DNA of 54,870 bases, filler included, from Ginglymostoma cirratum (lineage: Eukaryota), in the NCBI GenBank assembly GCA_024137785.1. It is 3 parts of 3 records of this genome, joined end to end, with 100 filler letters (N's around TTAATTAATTAA, not from the genome) between each part and the next. Parts side by side here need not be neighbours in the genome. Positions count along the whole stretch, not along the records: positions 15,898 to 37,309 come from JAHRHZ010000168.1; positions 37,410 to 54,870 come from JAHRHZ010000063.1; 1 more part is not named here. The stretch is one strand, 5' to 3'. Position 1 is the first letter of the stretch, and each line of letters opens with the position of its first letter. The position numbers were made by a program, and so were the translations under genes. Under the pieces are notes generated by a model. The model did not search any database. It saw nothing but the letters and a program-made list of their open reading frames with translations, and was not told the DNA's origin. This document shows, piece by piece, positions 25,598 to 38,082 of the stretch.

Positions 25598-27480
25598 TAT
25601 ATATAGTTCAGTGTGATTATTATATTAATAACTCTTTCACACAGTCACAGGTCAGTGTTGCATTAATAATTTTCTCTGACACAAACACACACAGGTCAGA
25701 GTGCTATTTACATTTATAATCCCCTCTCTTCACTCTCCCTATCCCTCTCTCACACAGGTCAGACATTATATTAATAATTCTCTCACACACAAAAACACAG
25801 CGATCAGTTTGTTATTCACATTAATAATCTCACTCTTTCTCTCACACACGCAGACACAAACAAACACGCGCACACGTTATTCTTTTATGTATGTCAATAC
25901 TTCTCTCCCTCACAAACACAAACAGTTCGGAGATTATATCAATAATTCTCTCTTACACGCAGCGGTCAGTGTTACATTGATAATGCTCTCACTCACGCAG
26001 GTCAGAGTGTAATTTATATTAATGATTCTCCCTCTCTCGCGCTCTCTCCCTCTCTTTCTGACACACACACACACACACCACACACACACAGACACACATA
26101 CATACACACACACACACACAGAGCGCGATTACATCAATAATTCTTTCTCACACATATTCGTCAGTGTTAGATTAAAGATTTCCATGACAAACACACACAG
26201 TTCAAAGTTTCTAACAGTAATTCTGTCATATGTACAGGTCAGTGTTTCATTAATAATATTGTTTCTCATACAAATGCTCAAGACAGAGTTTATAACAGTA
26301 ATTCTCTCACAGACTCACAGGTCAGTGTTAGATTCATAATTCTCTGTCTCACAAAATCACACAGGTCAGAGCCTTTATTACATTAATAATTCTCTTCGCC
26401 TTGCTGTCACTCACACACAGAACACGCACAGCTCAGAGATCAGGTCAATAATTCTGTCACACGCTCAGTTCAGTATTACATTAATAATTCCCTCAGTCAC
26501 AGACACACAGGTCAGACTGTTATTGAAATTAATAATTCTCTTTGTCTCTCTCTCTCTCTCTTTCCCTTCCTCTAACACACACTGGTCAAGATGTTATTTA
26601 TATTAATAATTCCGTCTCACACAAATGTACACAGATCAGAGATTATACCCATAATTCTATTACACACCCAGGCCCGTGTTACATTAATATTTCTCTCTTG
26701 CACGATAACACGTGGTCAGGGATCATAACAATTTTAATAATTCTATGTCTCTCTCTCACACGCACACAGGTCAACGATATATTAATGATTCTCTCTCACT
26801 CACAAAAACACAAAGCTCAGAGTGTTACTTCTGTTAATACATCTGTCCCTCGCTCTCTCTCTCTCATATAAAATCGATAATTTTCTTTCACACAGGTTAC
26901 TTATTTTAATAACTTACTTTCTTCCTTTCTCCCTCTCTCCCTCTCCCTCACACACACAAACACACACAACACACACAAACAAACACACACACACACACAC
27001 ACACACAAAGACAGACACACACACAGACAAATACAAGTCAGCTGTTATATTAAGACCCCACTCACTCACTCTCTCAGTTACAGAGTCAGACATTTATATA
27101 TAATAGAACTGCGAATGCTATAAATCCGGAAGAAAAGCAGAAGTTGCTGGAAAAGCTCAGCAGGTCTGGCAGCATCTGTGAAGAAAAATGAGAGTACTGT
27201 GACCCTTCCTTAGAACCGGACCTGAAACGTTAACTCAGATTTCTCTTCATAGATACTGACAGACCTGCTGAGCTTTGCCAGCAACTTCTGTTTTTGTTAC
27301 ATATGTGTAAATAATTAAAACACGCATGGTGCAAATAGTTATGTTAATAATTTTCTGTCTCTGTCCCTCACAAATACACAGTTCAGAATCATATAGATGA
27401 GAAATTCTGCCTCACACGTAGGTCACTTTTTTTATTAATTAATATAATCCTCTCTCTCTCTCCCTCTCTCTGTTTCTGTC
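24225..27480 (+). repeat. Degenerate minisatellite filling the IgL V-C interval
   Basis: Dozens of units like ACACAGGTCAG(T/A)G...ATTAATAATTCTCTCTC with CA/CT expansions; interrupted by short repeat insertions. Confidence 0.9.
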
Positions 27481-27501
27481 GGTGTTCTTCCACACACACA
27501 G

Positions 27502-27823
27502 GTAGTAATGATTGTAAACCATCTGTCCTTCTGTTCCCACCTTCGCCAGACCAAATAGACCTGGAATTATCGACTCTTTCCTGTCTGGTGAGTCGCTTTA
27601 AGCCGGGCCTCGTAGGGTCCTCTGGAGTGTGGATGCCAAAGAGACAGACAGCGGGGTGACTACAAGCACCGTGTCCCTGGACAGTGATGAAAGCTACAGC
27701 CTGACCAGTTACCTGAGAGTCCGGGGCACTGATTGGAAGAAAGGTTCCAGATATTCCTGCAATATGAGGCACAGTTCACTGAACTCGCTTCTCCTCAACA
27801 CCATTAATTCCAGCCACTGTTAG
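27502..27823 (+). pseudogene. Ig light chain constant exon, type I/sigma-cart-like, 1-nt frameshift
   Basis: CAG acceptor; SNDCKPSVLLFPPSPDQIDLELSTLSCLVSRFKPGL, then a frame change at ~27612-14 to RVLWSVDAKETDSGVTT...SYSLTSYLRV...YSCNMRHSSL...INSSHC-stop with terminal Cys. Confidence 0.85.
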
Positions 27824-28087
27824 CTCTGAGGCACACAATGTCACGGGACAGTCATTGTGCGTCATTCGGCATTTTGTTGTTTGTTTTTGTCTTGCAATGT
27901 AATTTCTGCATCAATGTCAGTGTTTGGTGAACAACCTGAATAGTGAAGGATGTTAGGAGTGAGTGAAACTTTTCTTTCATGTGGTGAGTGGTGATTTCCT
28001 GCTGCAATTGTCCCCAGCATTTTGTATGTAAACTCTTGTATTGGGTACAGTGGGGAACAATATCCCCCTTTAGACAATGACCATGTT

Positions 28088-28713
28088 ACATAGAACATAG
28101 AACAATACAGTGCAGAACAGGCCCTTCGGCCCTCGATGTTGCGCCGACCTGTGAACTAATCTAAGCCCATCCCCCTACACTATCCCATCATCATCCATAT
28201 GCTTATCCAAGGACTGTTTAAATGCCCCTAATGTGGCTGAGTTAACTACATTGGCAGGCAGGGCATTCCACGCCCTTACCACTCTGTGAGTAAAGAACCT
28301 GCCTCTGACGTCTGACTTAAATCTATCACCCCTCAATTTGCAGCTATGCCCCCTCGTACTAGCCGACGTCATCATCCTAGGAAAAAGACTCTCACTGTCC
28401 ACCCTATCTAATCCTCTGATCATTTTGTATGTCTCTATTAAATCCCCTCTTAGCCTTCTTCTCTCCAATGAGAACAGACCCAAGTCCCTCAGCCTTTCCT
28501 CATAAGACCTTCGCTCCAGACCAGGCAACATCCTGGTAAATCTCCTCTGCACCTTTTCCAATGCTTCCACATCCTTCCTGTAAAGGGGGACCAGAACTGT
28601 ACGCAATATTCCAAGTGAGGCCGCACTAGCGATTTGTACAGTTGCAGCATGACATCACGGCTCCGGAACTCAATCCCTCTACCAATGAAACCTAACACAC
28701 CGTATGCCTTCAA
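28088..28713 (-). mobile_element. Young CR1-type LINE, 5'-truncated
   Basis: LYKSLVRPHLEYCVQFWSP...KVQRRFTRMLPGL...RRLRGDLIETYK, one frameshift, (TGTTCTA)n tail. Confidence 0.95.
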
Positions 28714-31700
28714 TCGTGAACTTTATAAACGCAGGTCTGAATAAATATGAAATGGTTCCACGAAATGACTGAACATCATTATTGAGTACTGAAAAAGATA
28801 CTGTGGTGCTTGGCAGGGGATAGTTTACACCTTACAGGATTACACAGAATTGCATCAAATAATGGCATGGGAAAGTGCATCATTCATATTCACCTCAATC
28901 ACTCCCGGTGGGAACAAGTCCCCTTAACCTCGTGGGAGTGCATCTTGCATTCGCCCCACTCCTCGTGGGAGCAGGTCCCCCTCTCCCCAATTCCTGTTGT
29001 AGAGAGTCCCGCATGATCGGAACTGACATGAGACTGAGTCTATTTATCTCCCTGTCTGAGGGGCTTTCTCCTGAATTCCTGAATGATTTTTATAGGACTG
29101 AATGATATTGCTCAACTTTGGTTGTGTTCGCTCCAGAAACAGAACATTCTACTCTATCGAACGCCAAAATTTTTTTTTAAAAAATCCTCATTCAGGTAAT
29201 GTCCTCGAACTCTCTGTTTTCTAGAGAGAAGTGTCCCAGGCTGGTCACTCTCTCCTGATTAGCCTAATTTCCCAGTTCTGTCATTTTACTTGTTACTAAT
29301 AGACCCTTTCCGTGTGTCTCTGCAAATAGATAGAATTGGATGCCCTGGACTGTATACCTCTGTGCAGTTTAACAAACCAAGAATGGAGAGAGGGTTCACT
29401 GTGTAAAATATGTTGAGTCAAGGAACTGCAGGAAGTTCAGACGGAGTCAATAGAAGGAAGGCTAATATTTAATATATTAATTAATTTAACATTTAATATA
29501 TTTAAAAAAGGATTTCCTACTTAAAAGCAACAGACTTCATTCTAAGCACATGGGTCACACGCACACACCTCTTATGTACAGATTTTTTAAAAAAAATGAA
29601 CTGAAGTACTGGAGGTGAGCTGGGTTTCAGTCTGTGTCAGGAAGCTGCAAAGAAACGTGGTAGTGATATCTAGACAGGAAAGCAGTGTACTGTGGTTGTC
29701 TTCTTTCTGCTCGCGGACTGTGAAACTCGCTGGCCTAGATTGTGACCACCTCGAGCTGGGGCTGAAAATGTGGGGTTTGGGTAAGAGCGTCTGAGTGGCC
29801 TCACATCGGCCCACTCTCACCGACAGATCTATCAGCGTATGTCCAACGCGCAAACCACACGCGCAAGTCTGTTAGTAATCACGGTGCACTTGGGGGGGAT
29901 GGGGGGAGGGGATGGGAGGGAGTCGATTCAGTCCGATCAGAGCATAGGTGCAAACACTTTGGCCCGTTGTTTCACTGCTAGCCGTATGCAAGAGCCCCTC
30001 AAATGTGCAGAAGAAAACGCTATCGGAGAGATAAAGTTTTTGAAAAATACAACTTTCAGAGAGAGATAGTAAGAACTGCCAATGCTGGAGTCAGAGATAA
30101 CACAGTGTGGAGCTGGAGGGACACAGCAGGCCAGGCAAACTCAGAGGAGGTTGCCCAACTTTCGGAGAGGGCTTGTTCTTGAGAGGCAGTTTCCCCTATC
30201 GGGATACTTCATGTCAGGGACAGGGTTTCAGAATGAGGGTCCCATTTAAAACTTAGATGGGGAGGAATTTCTGTTGTGAGAGGGTGCCATTCTTTCCCTT
30301 AAGAGCAATGAGAGTGGCCACTGAATCATTGAAGGGATTAGAAGAGGGGCTGTTACGTGAGAATGAAGTCCTGAGTTTGGATTTGGAGTGTTATGAAGGA
30401 GAGACTGGATAATAGATTGGTCACCACAAACAGTCCCTCATAATCTTATTGACGGGAAGGAGACGCTCGATGGCTGAACTGACTTTTCCTGCCTCAAATC
30501 TTCGTATTTCAGTGCTGTATGCCCCCAAGAATTTACTTTTTAGAATTAAAATCAGAACGAGCCTCTTTTAGAATCAAAAGAAACATCTCCAGCACTTCAC
30601 TGAAGGAATCTGTACTCCCCAACACCAATACAACAGACTCATCCCACCCACACATAGCCCCGGCCCCAATCCCAGGTTTTGAAGACTGGGTTGAAATTGC
30701 TTTCACGAATTCTCTCTTCTGAGACGTTCCCTCATTGTGGCACTCTATGAAGTATTTATTGTTGTTGTCTCAGAGCGACGTTCCTGAGAGAAAGCAATAG
30801 CAACACGAGATAAAAAGCAGAGAGAAAACAGGGTTTCAGGGAAATTTGCCCCAACCAATCCGAACTCCCGTCACCCCACAGCCTCAGCGACATACAGAAG
30901 ACTCTACCCCAGTTATTTACAAACAGGGACAATCTAGGACCACAGGACACAATGTCAGAATGGGGGATCACCAATTCAAAACAGCAATGAGGAAGAATTT
31001 CTTCTCGCAGTGGAGGGTGAATCTGTGGAGTTCGTTACCACAGAGGGCTGGGTCATTCAGCATGTTCGAGGCTGAGATAGGAATGTGTTTAATCGGGAAG
31101 GGAATCAAGGGTTATGCAGAAAAGGCAGGCAAGTGGAAGCGAGTGGTCAGATCAGCCACAACCTCATTGAATGGTGGCGCAGATTCAGTGGGCTGAATGG
31201 CGTGGTTCTGCTGCTATGCATAGTGAGCTGCCTCCCTCCTCGTTTGGACCTTTGAATACAACATCGCATGGAGAGACGCCGTAGGATTTAGCCGGTTCGT
31301 GTGTTTGTTTTCTCACTCGAAAGAGAAAGGGATAGAAAGATAAGAGGAGAGCAATGAAGCACGAAGACACAATACAAAGTGGCAGGATGCCCTGTATACT
31401 TCTGTGCAAATTCTAAAAGCTGTCTGATGAGGAAGCTGTATTTCTATTACAAAGAGACAGAACTGTGCAGTGAATTTTCCAGTGAGCTGCGAGTAACATG
31501 CCTCGGTTAAAATGCAAAGAGAAACTTGAGACTCTGATTCGAACTGCTTTGCCCATCTCAAGTCAAACTACCATCTCTAGAATGATACTGTGAGAACTGC
31601 TCGCCAAATGTGGGTTCGTTGTCAGCCCTGCTTAATATCGGAGATTCAGTTGTAAGAGGAAGTCTGAGGGAAAGAAACTGGACAGGAAGGCGACTCTCTC

Positions 31701-32940
31701 TCTCTCTCTCTCTTTCTCTTCCCCATCCCCACCCTCACCAAACTGGTGCTGCCAGACCTGCTGAGTGTGAGCGACTTTAACTCTTTCTGTCTTTATTCCA
31801 GTTTTCCAGAAAGCTAAACTTTCTGTATTGCTTTGACAGATTAATCAGTGGATCTCAATTCTGAAAGAGACTCTCCTCAAACTCTGCCGAAGGGCGGGGA
31901 ACGAATGCATTGGAATAGTTTGAATTCTTCAGAATTCTTCACAAACCTTTCTTCAGTCCCTTTCTGAAGAAGGGTCCAGACGTGAAACGTCAGCTTTACT
32001 GCTCTTCTGATGCTGCATGGCCTGCTGTGTTCACCCAGGTCTACACTTTGTTATCTCAGACTCCAGCATTGGCAGTTCCTACTATCTCATCATTTTCCAG
32101 TCTGTGTTTAGTAGGTTGTACAAGGGATCATGGACAAACTCTTTACTCAGAACAAATTGTACTCCATATTATTACACTACATTGCACTACACCTGGCTTT
32201 CACTGTCCATCCACTACTTAAAACGACAAGGGCACTAATGCATGGGAACACCACACCCTCGACATTCCTGTACCGGTCACACTCGATCCTGACTTTGAAA
32301 TATATGGACTGTTCCTCCAGCATTGTGGGTTAAAATCCTGAAACTCCGTCCCTATCAGCACTGGGGACTGCCGTAGGTCAAGAAGGCGTCTCACCCCACC
32401 ATCTCAAGGGGAAACTAGGAACGGGCAATAAATGATGGCCCAGCCAGAGACACCCACAGTCCATGACGCACGTAGGCCATGAATGAATTGAAAAGATAAC
32501 GAGGTCAATTTTAACTAATCACCTAAATATCTCGCACAGTGACCACGGCAGACTTGAACTTCTCTCGCCTTCCCTGGATGTCACTCCCATGTGGAGATCT
32601 TCAGAGGTGGGCAGGTTGGCCGTCTTCTGCGCGATGCTTAACTCGCTGAAATGTTCATTCGGCATGCATTCTATCACATGTTCGGACCGCAAGCGTGAGG
32701 AAAGTAATGGGAGGGTTGGCGTGGGGTTATGGGGGAAGATGGGAACCAATGACAGAATACAGCCCCAAGTGCGGGCTCATCACATTAACCAGTGGAGTCT
32801 GAAAAAGGCTAGTCTTTCCGGCCCTGAGATCAGCTCAGCTGGTGCTCCACACATCCCTCTTCAACTGTGCACGCACCTTCTCTCCAACCACCCCACAGCC
32901 AGCGCAGGGAGCAGAGGGAGAATTCTCCACATCCCGGAAA

Positions 32941-32995
32941 ATGGCCAAGGAAGCCCTGTTCTTAGCACTCCTAGTACAATTGTTGGCTGTTTATG
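32941..32995 (+). CDS. IgSF gene B, leader exon (MAKEALFLALLVQLLAVY)
   Basis: AAAATGG start context, hydrophobic core, phase-1 GTGAGT donor at 32996. Confidence 0.85.
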
Positions 32996-33283
32996 GTGAG
33001 TTAAATGGGGGGTGGGAAACTCAAACAGCTACAGCTCCCCCCAGACTCGGGCAGACTGCACTCCCCACCTCCACAGAACAACAGCCCGGCCTTATCTTGT
33101 GTACATATTTACCTGGGGTCACCTCTAAATGGAAGAGTTCCCAAATTCCAGGATTGAAGTAGACAATAGTGTTGAAAAGGATAACATAACCAAAGTACAC
33201 AATAACGCAGAGGCTCTCAAATGGGTCTCAAAGAGGCTCCACTTACAACTCTCAACAACCACTTTTATTTTCACTGTTGTCAG

Positions 33284-33613
33284 TTGCAGATTCCCAGCTC
33301 ACTGCGTCTCAGGGACTCCTCGCCAAGACGGCAGAAGTCGGAGATACGGTCGAATTGGAGTGCCATCACAGCTATGCAGTGGTGTTGGTTGATAGCTATT
33401 TCTGGTACAAACAGACTGTAGGTGAAGCCCCGGTGGTAATCAACACCAACTGTGGCGGGACCAATTGTAAATTTATTTCAAAAAAAGGTCACAGCGAGCG
33501 CCTGCTGGTACTGGAAATTCGCAATGTCCAGGTGGATGACTCTGGGACCTACTACTGTGCTGATAGGGATGGCTATGCTCCACTACAAAATGGACCAAAA
33601 CTGCTTGTTGGAG
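33284..33613 (+). CDS. IgSF gene B, V-set exon with built-in degenerate J (germline VJ)
   Basis: CAG acceptor, GTAAG donor at 33614, phase 1/1; VELEC, FWYKQ, GEAP, DDSGTYYC, LQNGPKLLVG. Confidence 0.9.
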
Positions 33614-33703
33614 GTAAGAGAAACACCAAAATCAACCCTAACCGTTCACAAAATTTTCAGTTTGCTTTCGTTTTTCCTTAACTGTGTCCCATTCACTGCC
33701 CAG

Positions 33704-34027
33704 ACAGTTCCACCAACAACACGTCTATCTTAGTCTTCGTCCCACTGTCTGAGCCTGCCCAGAATGGCACCGTCCCCTTGGTGTGTCTAGTCAGCGGCGT
33801 CTCTTCCAACCAGATTGTCATTTTCTGGAATATTTCCGGCGAGGTCACCGAGGGGGCGAGCGATGTCGGGAAGAAGGAGCCGGACGGCACCTGGAACATC
33901 ACGAGTCAGGTCACAGTGACGAGTGAACAGTGGGAAAGCGGTGCCCTCTGTTCTTGTGTCGTTCAACTGGGAAAAGAAATCCGGACAAAGAGTGTGTCCT
34001 TCACCAAACAGGCAGCATCAAGGGGAG
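33704..34027 (+). CDS. IgSF gene B, C1-set exon
   Basis: 90-nt intron, CAG acceptor, GTGAGT donor at 34028, phase 1/1; DSSTNNTSILVFVP...LVCLVSG...IFW...DGTWNITSQVTV...WESGALCSCVVQ. Confidence 0.9.
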
Positions 34028-36651
34028 GTGAGTTATCGAGGTGCACGTTGTGGGGGGTTATAGACCCCCAGTTTCTGAAAACTGGCAGTCCACCAGTGAA
34101 ATGCCTCTATCAAGTAAAGGAATATAGATGGGTTTATGGATTAGAGTGCGCGTGAAAATGAACTTGTTCATATGTCAGTGTGTTTGTGTGCCTCTGAGGA
34201 AAACGGTGTGTATATGACTCTGTGTGTGTGTGTGTGTGTCTATTTGCAGGTAACTGTGTTTATGCACGTATTAGTTGTGTGCAATTTTCGATATCTGTGT
34301 TTGTATCATTACCTAAGCAGATGGATCTATTCACATACACGTGAGTGTATACCCGTGAGGGCATGTCTGTGTTTGTAAGGCTAAGTCTATACATGCTTGA
34401 CTGTGTATGGACTTGCGTGTAAATATATTCCTGTGTATATTAGGTATGTGTGTGTGTCAATATCTGAGTAAGTATTCAAGACTGTATATATGGCCCTGTG
34501 CATATATGTGTTTCTGCGTAGTTTATGCCCTTTATTCATTCACGGGATGAAAGCGTTGCTGGTTAAGCAGCTTTCATCACCCGTCCGCAATTTCCCAGAG
34601 GTCAGTTAAGAGTCAACCACATTGTTGTGGGTCTGGAGTCACATGTCGGCAAGACCATTTAAGGATGGCAGTTTCTTTCCCTGAAGGACATTAGTGAACC
34701 AGGTGAGTTTCCACCCCCCCAAAAAAATCAACAATAGATTCACAGTCATCATTAGAATTTTAATTCTGGATCTATATTGAATTCAAATTCAACTGGTTGT
34801 CATGCTAGGATTTGAACCCAGGCCCCCCATCACGCTACGTGGGGCTCAGGAATGATAGCCCAGCGATAACACCACTATGTCATCGCCAACCCCCGTACAC
34901 GCAAAAAATCGAAAGCCCAGGAGAAACACAAAAGGTCTGACAGCATTTGTGGAGAGACACAGTTAAAGATTCGAGCGTGTCTTGACTCTTCTTCAGAACT
35001 GTGTGTGTATGCATGTTTGTTTCATTTGTCTGATTATGTATGTATGTTTGTGTGTATGTAACTGCCTCGTACGCACGTAGCCATTTGTGTGCTGAGCCTT
35101 AATGTGTGCATTTGAGCATTTAAGTGCCTCTGTGTGCATGTGTAAAGTGTGCTTGTGCATTTGTGTGAGTGTGTGTATTTCTGCCTGCGTTTGTATCTAT
35201 GTGTGCTTGCCATAACAATTGCTTTTTAGCATTGTGTACTCAGGCAGTAGGTTCTGGGAAATGGTTTGTGATAAATCCATATACACGATGAGGCAATTTT
35301 GAGGCATGAGATTACCAGTGACCTGGGTGGCGGCTGCTTCAGCAGGGGTTTTACACTCGCACACTTCTACTCAACTCATAACTATATCGGACAATTGGGC
35401 TTAGGGCAAGGAATAGACATTCGGCCCCTTTAGGCTTTTCTGCCACCATTGAAACAGTGGTTACGTTCAGAATATCACTTTCTTGCCTGCCCACTTTGGG
35501 TTGATGCCCTTTACAATTTACTGGGATCTTCACTTTCAATCCCTGGCTGAGCCAAAACCAAGCTTAATATTCAGTTCATTTGTGATATCAGCGATTGAAT
35601 GTCAGGGCAACGTTACATTATGAATGTTCATTGCAATTGATTCACTGGAAGCAGTTCCAGGTTAACCCTGAGGAAGAAGATTGGCGATGGCGCATTAACA
35701 TCTGAAGGTGTTGGGGCAGATGGAAATGACTATTAAAGGACATATGGAAATGTTCCCTTTAGTAATACAGGAATCAACTACAACTAACTGTTATCCTAGC
35801 CTTTATAAATCTCTGGTGAGACCACGACGGTGGGCCCAAGTCTGCGACCCAAATATTTAGAAAAGATATCAAGATCCTTGGAGAGAGCGCGGAGGCTGAT
35901 TTCTCAGAAAGGGACTCGGGAACATGTAGCTTCAGTTTGTGTGCAGAGATTGAAAGAAGCGGGGATCATTCTCCTCGGATCATGGAACGTTAAGGGGAAT
36001 GGTGAACGGACGTGTTCAAAATTGCGAGGGCGGGTAACGGAGTTTTGATCGTGTGCATGAGGCAGAAACTGTTTCCGCAAGGTTAGGCAACAGAGAGGGA
36101 GGCGAACAGAAAAGAATCACAACAAGAACTGGGTGGAGGCAGATGGGAAGAATTTGATTGTTTCACCCAGCCAATTGTTGTGGTCTGGAATGTGCTGTCT
36201 GAAATAGTGGTAGAAGCAAATTCAACAAAAGAAATTGGGGGCTTCTGGGAATATTAGAAAAGATCCCATTCATACGGCTGTGGGTAAATGCAACAGATTA
36301 GATAACCTGCCAAGGAATTGGCGTGCACACAATGGGAAAAATAGCCTCATTCTGCGCTTCATCAGCCTAAGATTCCGTATAAGTTTTCACAATTTATTTT
36401 TGTAATTATTGAGTTGCACTACCTGTACCGTCAGTGAATTTGTCTGAACTGACAACGACTGTGTTAATTCCTGAATCCTGTGTCCCCTTCAGCTCAATGC
36501 TCCCGGTAACATTAGCTGTTTTGTGCTGCTCTTCACCCTTAAGTTTCATTATGAAATAAAGTCAACATTCCCATTAGATAATCCAGGATAATAATAATAC
36601 TTGGACTGAACCGTGTTTTCTCTCTCTCTTTCTCTCTCTTCCTCTCGGCAG

Positions 36652-36753
36652 AAACGTGCATTTCGGCCAGTAACGTTCTCAGAATCACCATGGCAATCCT
36701 TATCGTAATTTTCATCCTGATTTTTGCCTGGTTGGCTAAGGGCTGTCGATCAG
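36652..36753 (+). CDS. IgSF gene B, connecting peptide/transmembrane exon
   Basis: Long pyrimidine tract+CAG, GTAAG donor at 36754, phase 1/1; ETCISASNVLRITMAILIVIFILIFAWLAKGCRS. Confidence 0.85.
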
Positions 36754-36845
36754 GTAAGGGATTACCATTTAGCAGGATCCGTTGACGATCCTTTGTTCCT
36801 CACTGCCTATTCCCGGTTGTTAATTCCACTTTCTTGTTCCGACAG

Positions 36846-36873
36846 AGAGAGGCAGGAGACCCCACTATAAAAG
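36846..36873 (+). CDS. IgSF gene B, short cytoplasmic exon (ERGRRPHYK)
   Basis: Pyrimidine tract+CAG, 28 nt, AG/GTAAGT donor; following exon not identified before the gap. Confidence 0.65.
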
Positions 36874-37309
36874 GTAAGTAGCTGAACCATTTGCAGAGTG
36901 CATCACTGGGACTCCAAGTGCTGGCATAGCCAGCGATGCCGTCATCCCACGAAAGAATTTTAAAAAACTCTCCAGTCATTTAAATCCCAGATAAAAGAAA
37001 AATACTACGTGTGATGAAAAACTGAGTTAAGTAGAGAACACAGGAGGAGCCAGAGTACACTATGACTCTTTTTGGGCCTAGTTTTTCCAGCATTCTGTAG
37101 GTTATTGAACCGGACACAGATTCCAGTATTGCACTACCTTTCCAGATTAATTGTGAGACCGCTCAACAACGCCCTGCTCAGCTCTTTCTGGCACCCAAGT
37201 GCGGATTCTAACTGTAACACGGTACTAAGGTGTGGAGCTGGATGAACACAGCAGGCCAAGCAGCATCATAGGAGCAGGAAAGCTTGACGTTTCGGGCCTA
37301 GACCCTTCA

Positions 37310-37409
37310 NNNNNNNNNNNNNNNNNNNNNNNNNNNNNNNNNNNNNNNNNNNNTTAATTAATTAANNNNNNNNNNNNNNNNNNNNNNNNNNNNNNNNNNN
37401 NNNNNNNNN
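37310..37409. other. Artificial spacer/gap (44 N + TTAATTAATTAA + 44 N)
   Basis: Directly visible. Confidence 0.95.
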
Positions 37410-37759
37410 GAGATCACAGTCCAGTCTGTTTTGACATGCCTCTTCTCCACCTTGAAGGGATGTTGTTTAACATTCTCTTTGTATCCAAAGGTAATATTCC
37501 ATGGGTGTATCTTTCTCCAGAATGTCACTTAATTCATATCCACAGCCATTTTTGACTGTATTAGTCCTCTTTTTAAAAAAAAACACATTTTAGAGTTACA
37601 AAGTTTAAAATGTACACTATACTGACCCATGGTTTCATTAATGTACCCAAGTCAGTTAATATTTTGCTTTTGCTTTAATAATAAACCTAAAAGTTGACTA
37701 CATCTAAGAAACTAATTGCAAATTGAAGGGCCCAGAGGCGATGAGCTCCTTCACTTAAA

Positions 37760-38082
37760 AGGGGCAACACAATGGCTCAATGGTTAGCACTGCTGCCTCA
37801 CAGCGCCAGGGACCCAGGTTCAATTCCACCCTCGGGCGACTGTCTGTGTGGAGTTTGCATATTCTCCCCTTGTCTGCGTGGGTTTCCTCCGGGTGCTCTG
37901 GTTTCCTCCCACAGTCCAAAGATGTGCAGGCCAGGTGGATTGGCCATGATAAATTGCCCATAGTGTTCAGGGATGCGTAGCTTAGGTGGGTTAGAGGGGA
38001 ATGGGTCAGGGTGGGATGCTCCTAGGGTCGGTGTGGACTTGTTGCACCGAAGGACCTGTTTCCACACTGTAGGGATTCTATG
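37760..38082 (+). mobile_element. tRNA-derived SINE (HE1/V-SINE-like)
   Basis: TGGCTCAATGGTTAGCAC, GGTTCAATTCC and conserved core; same family as 13045-13357. Confidence 0.9.

Noticed and set aside
24225-27100. CRISPR-like repeat-spacer array or the ORFs within it
   Set aside because: Vertebrate degenerate minisatellite without constant repeats and unique spacers
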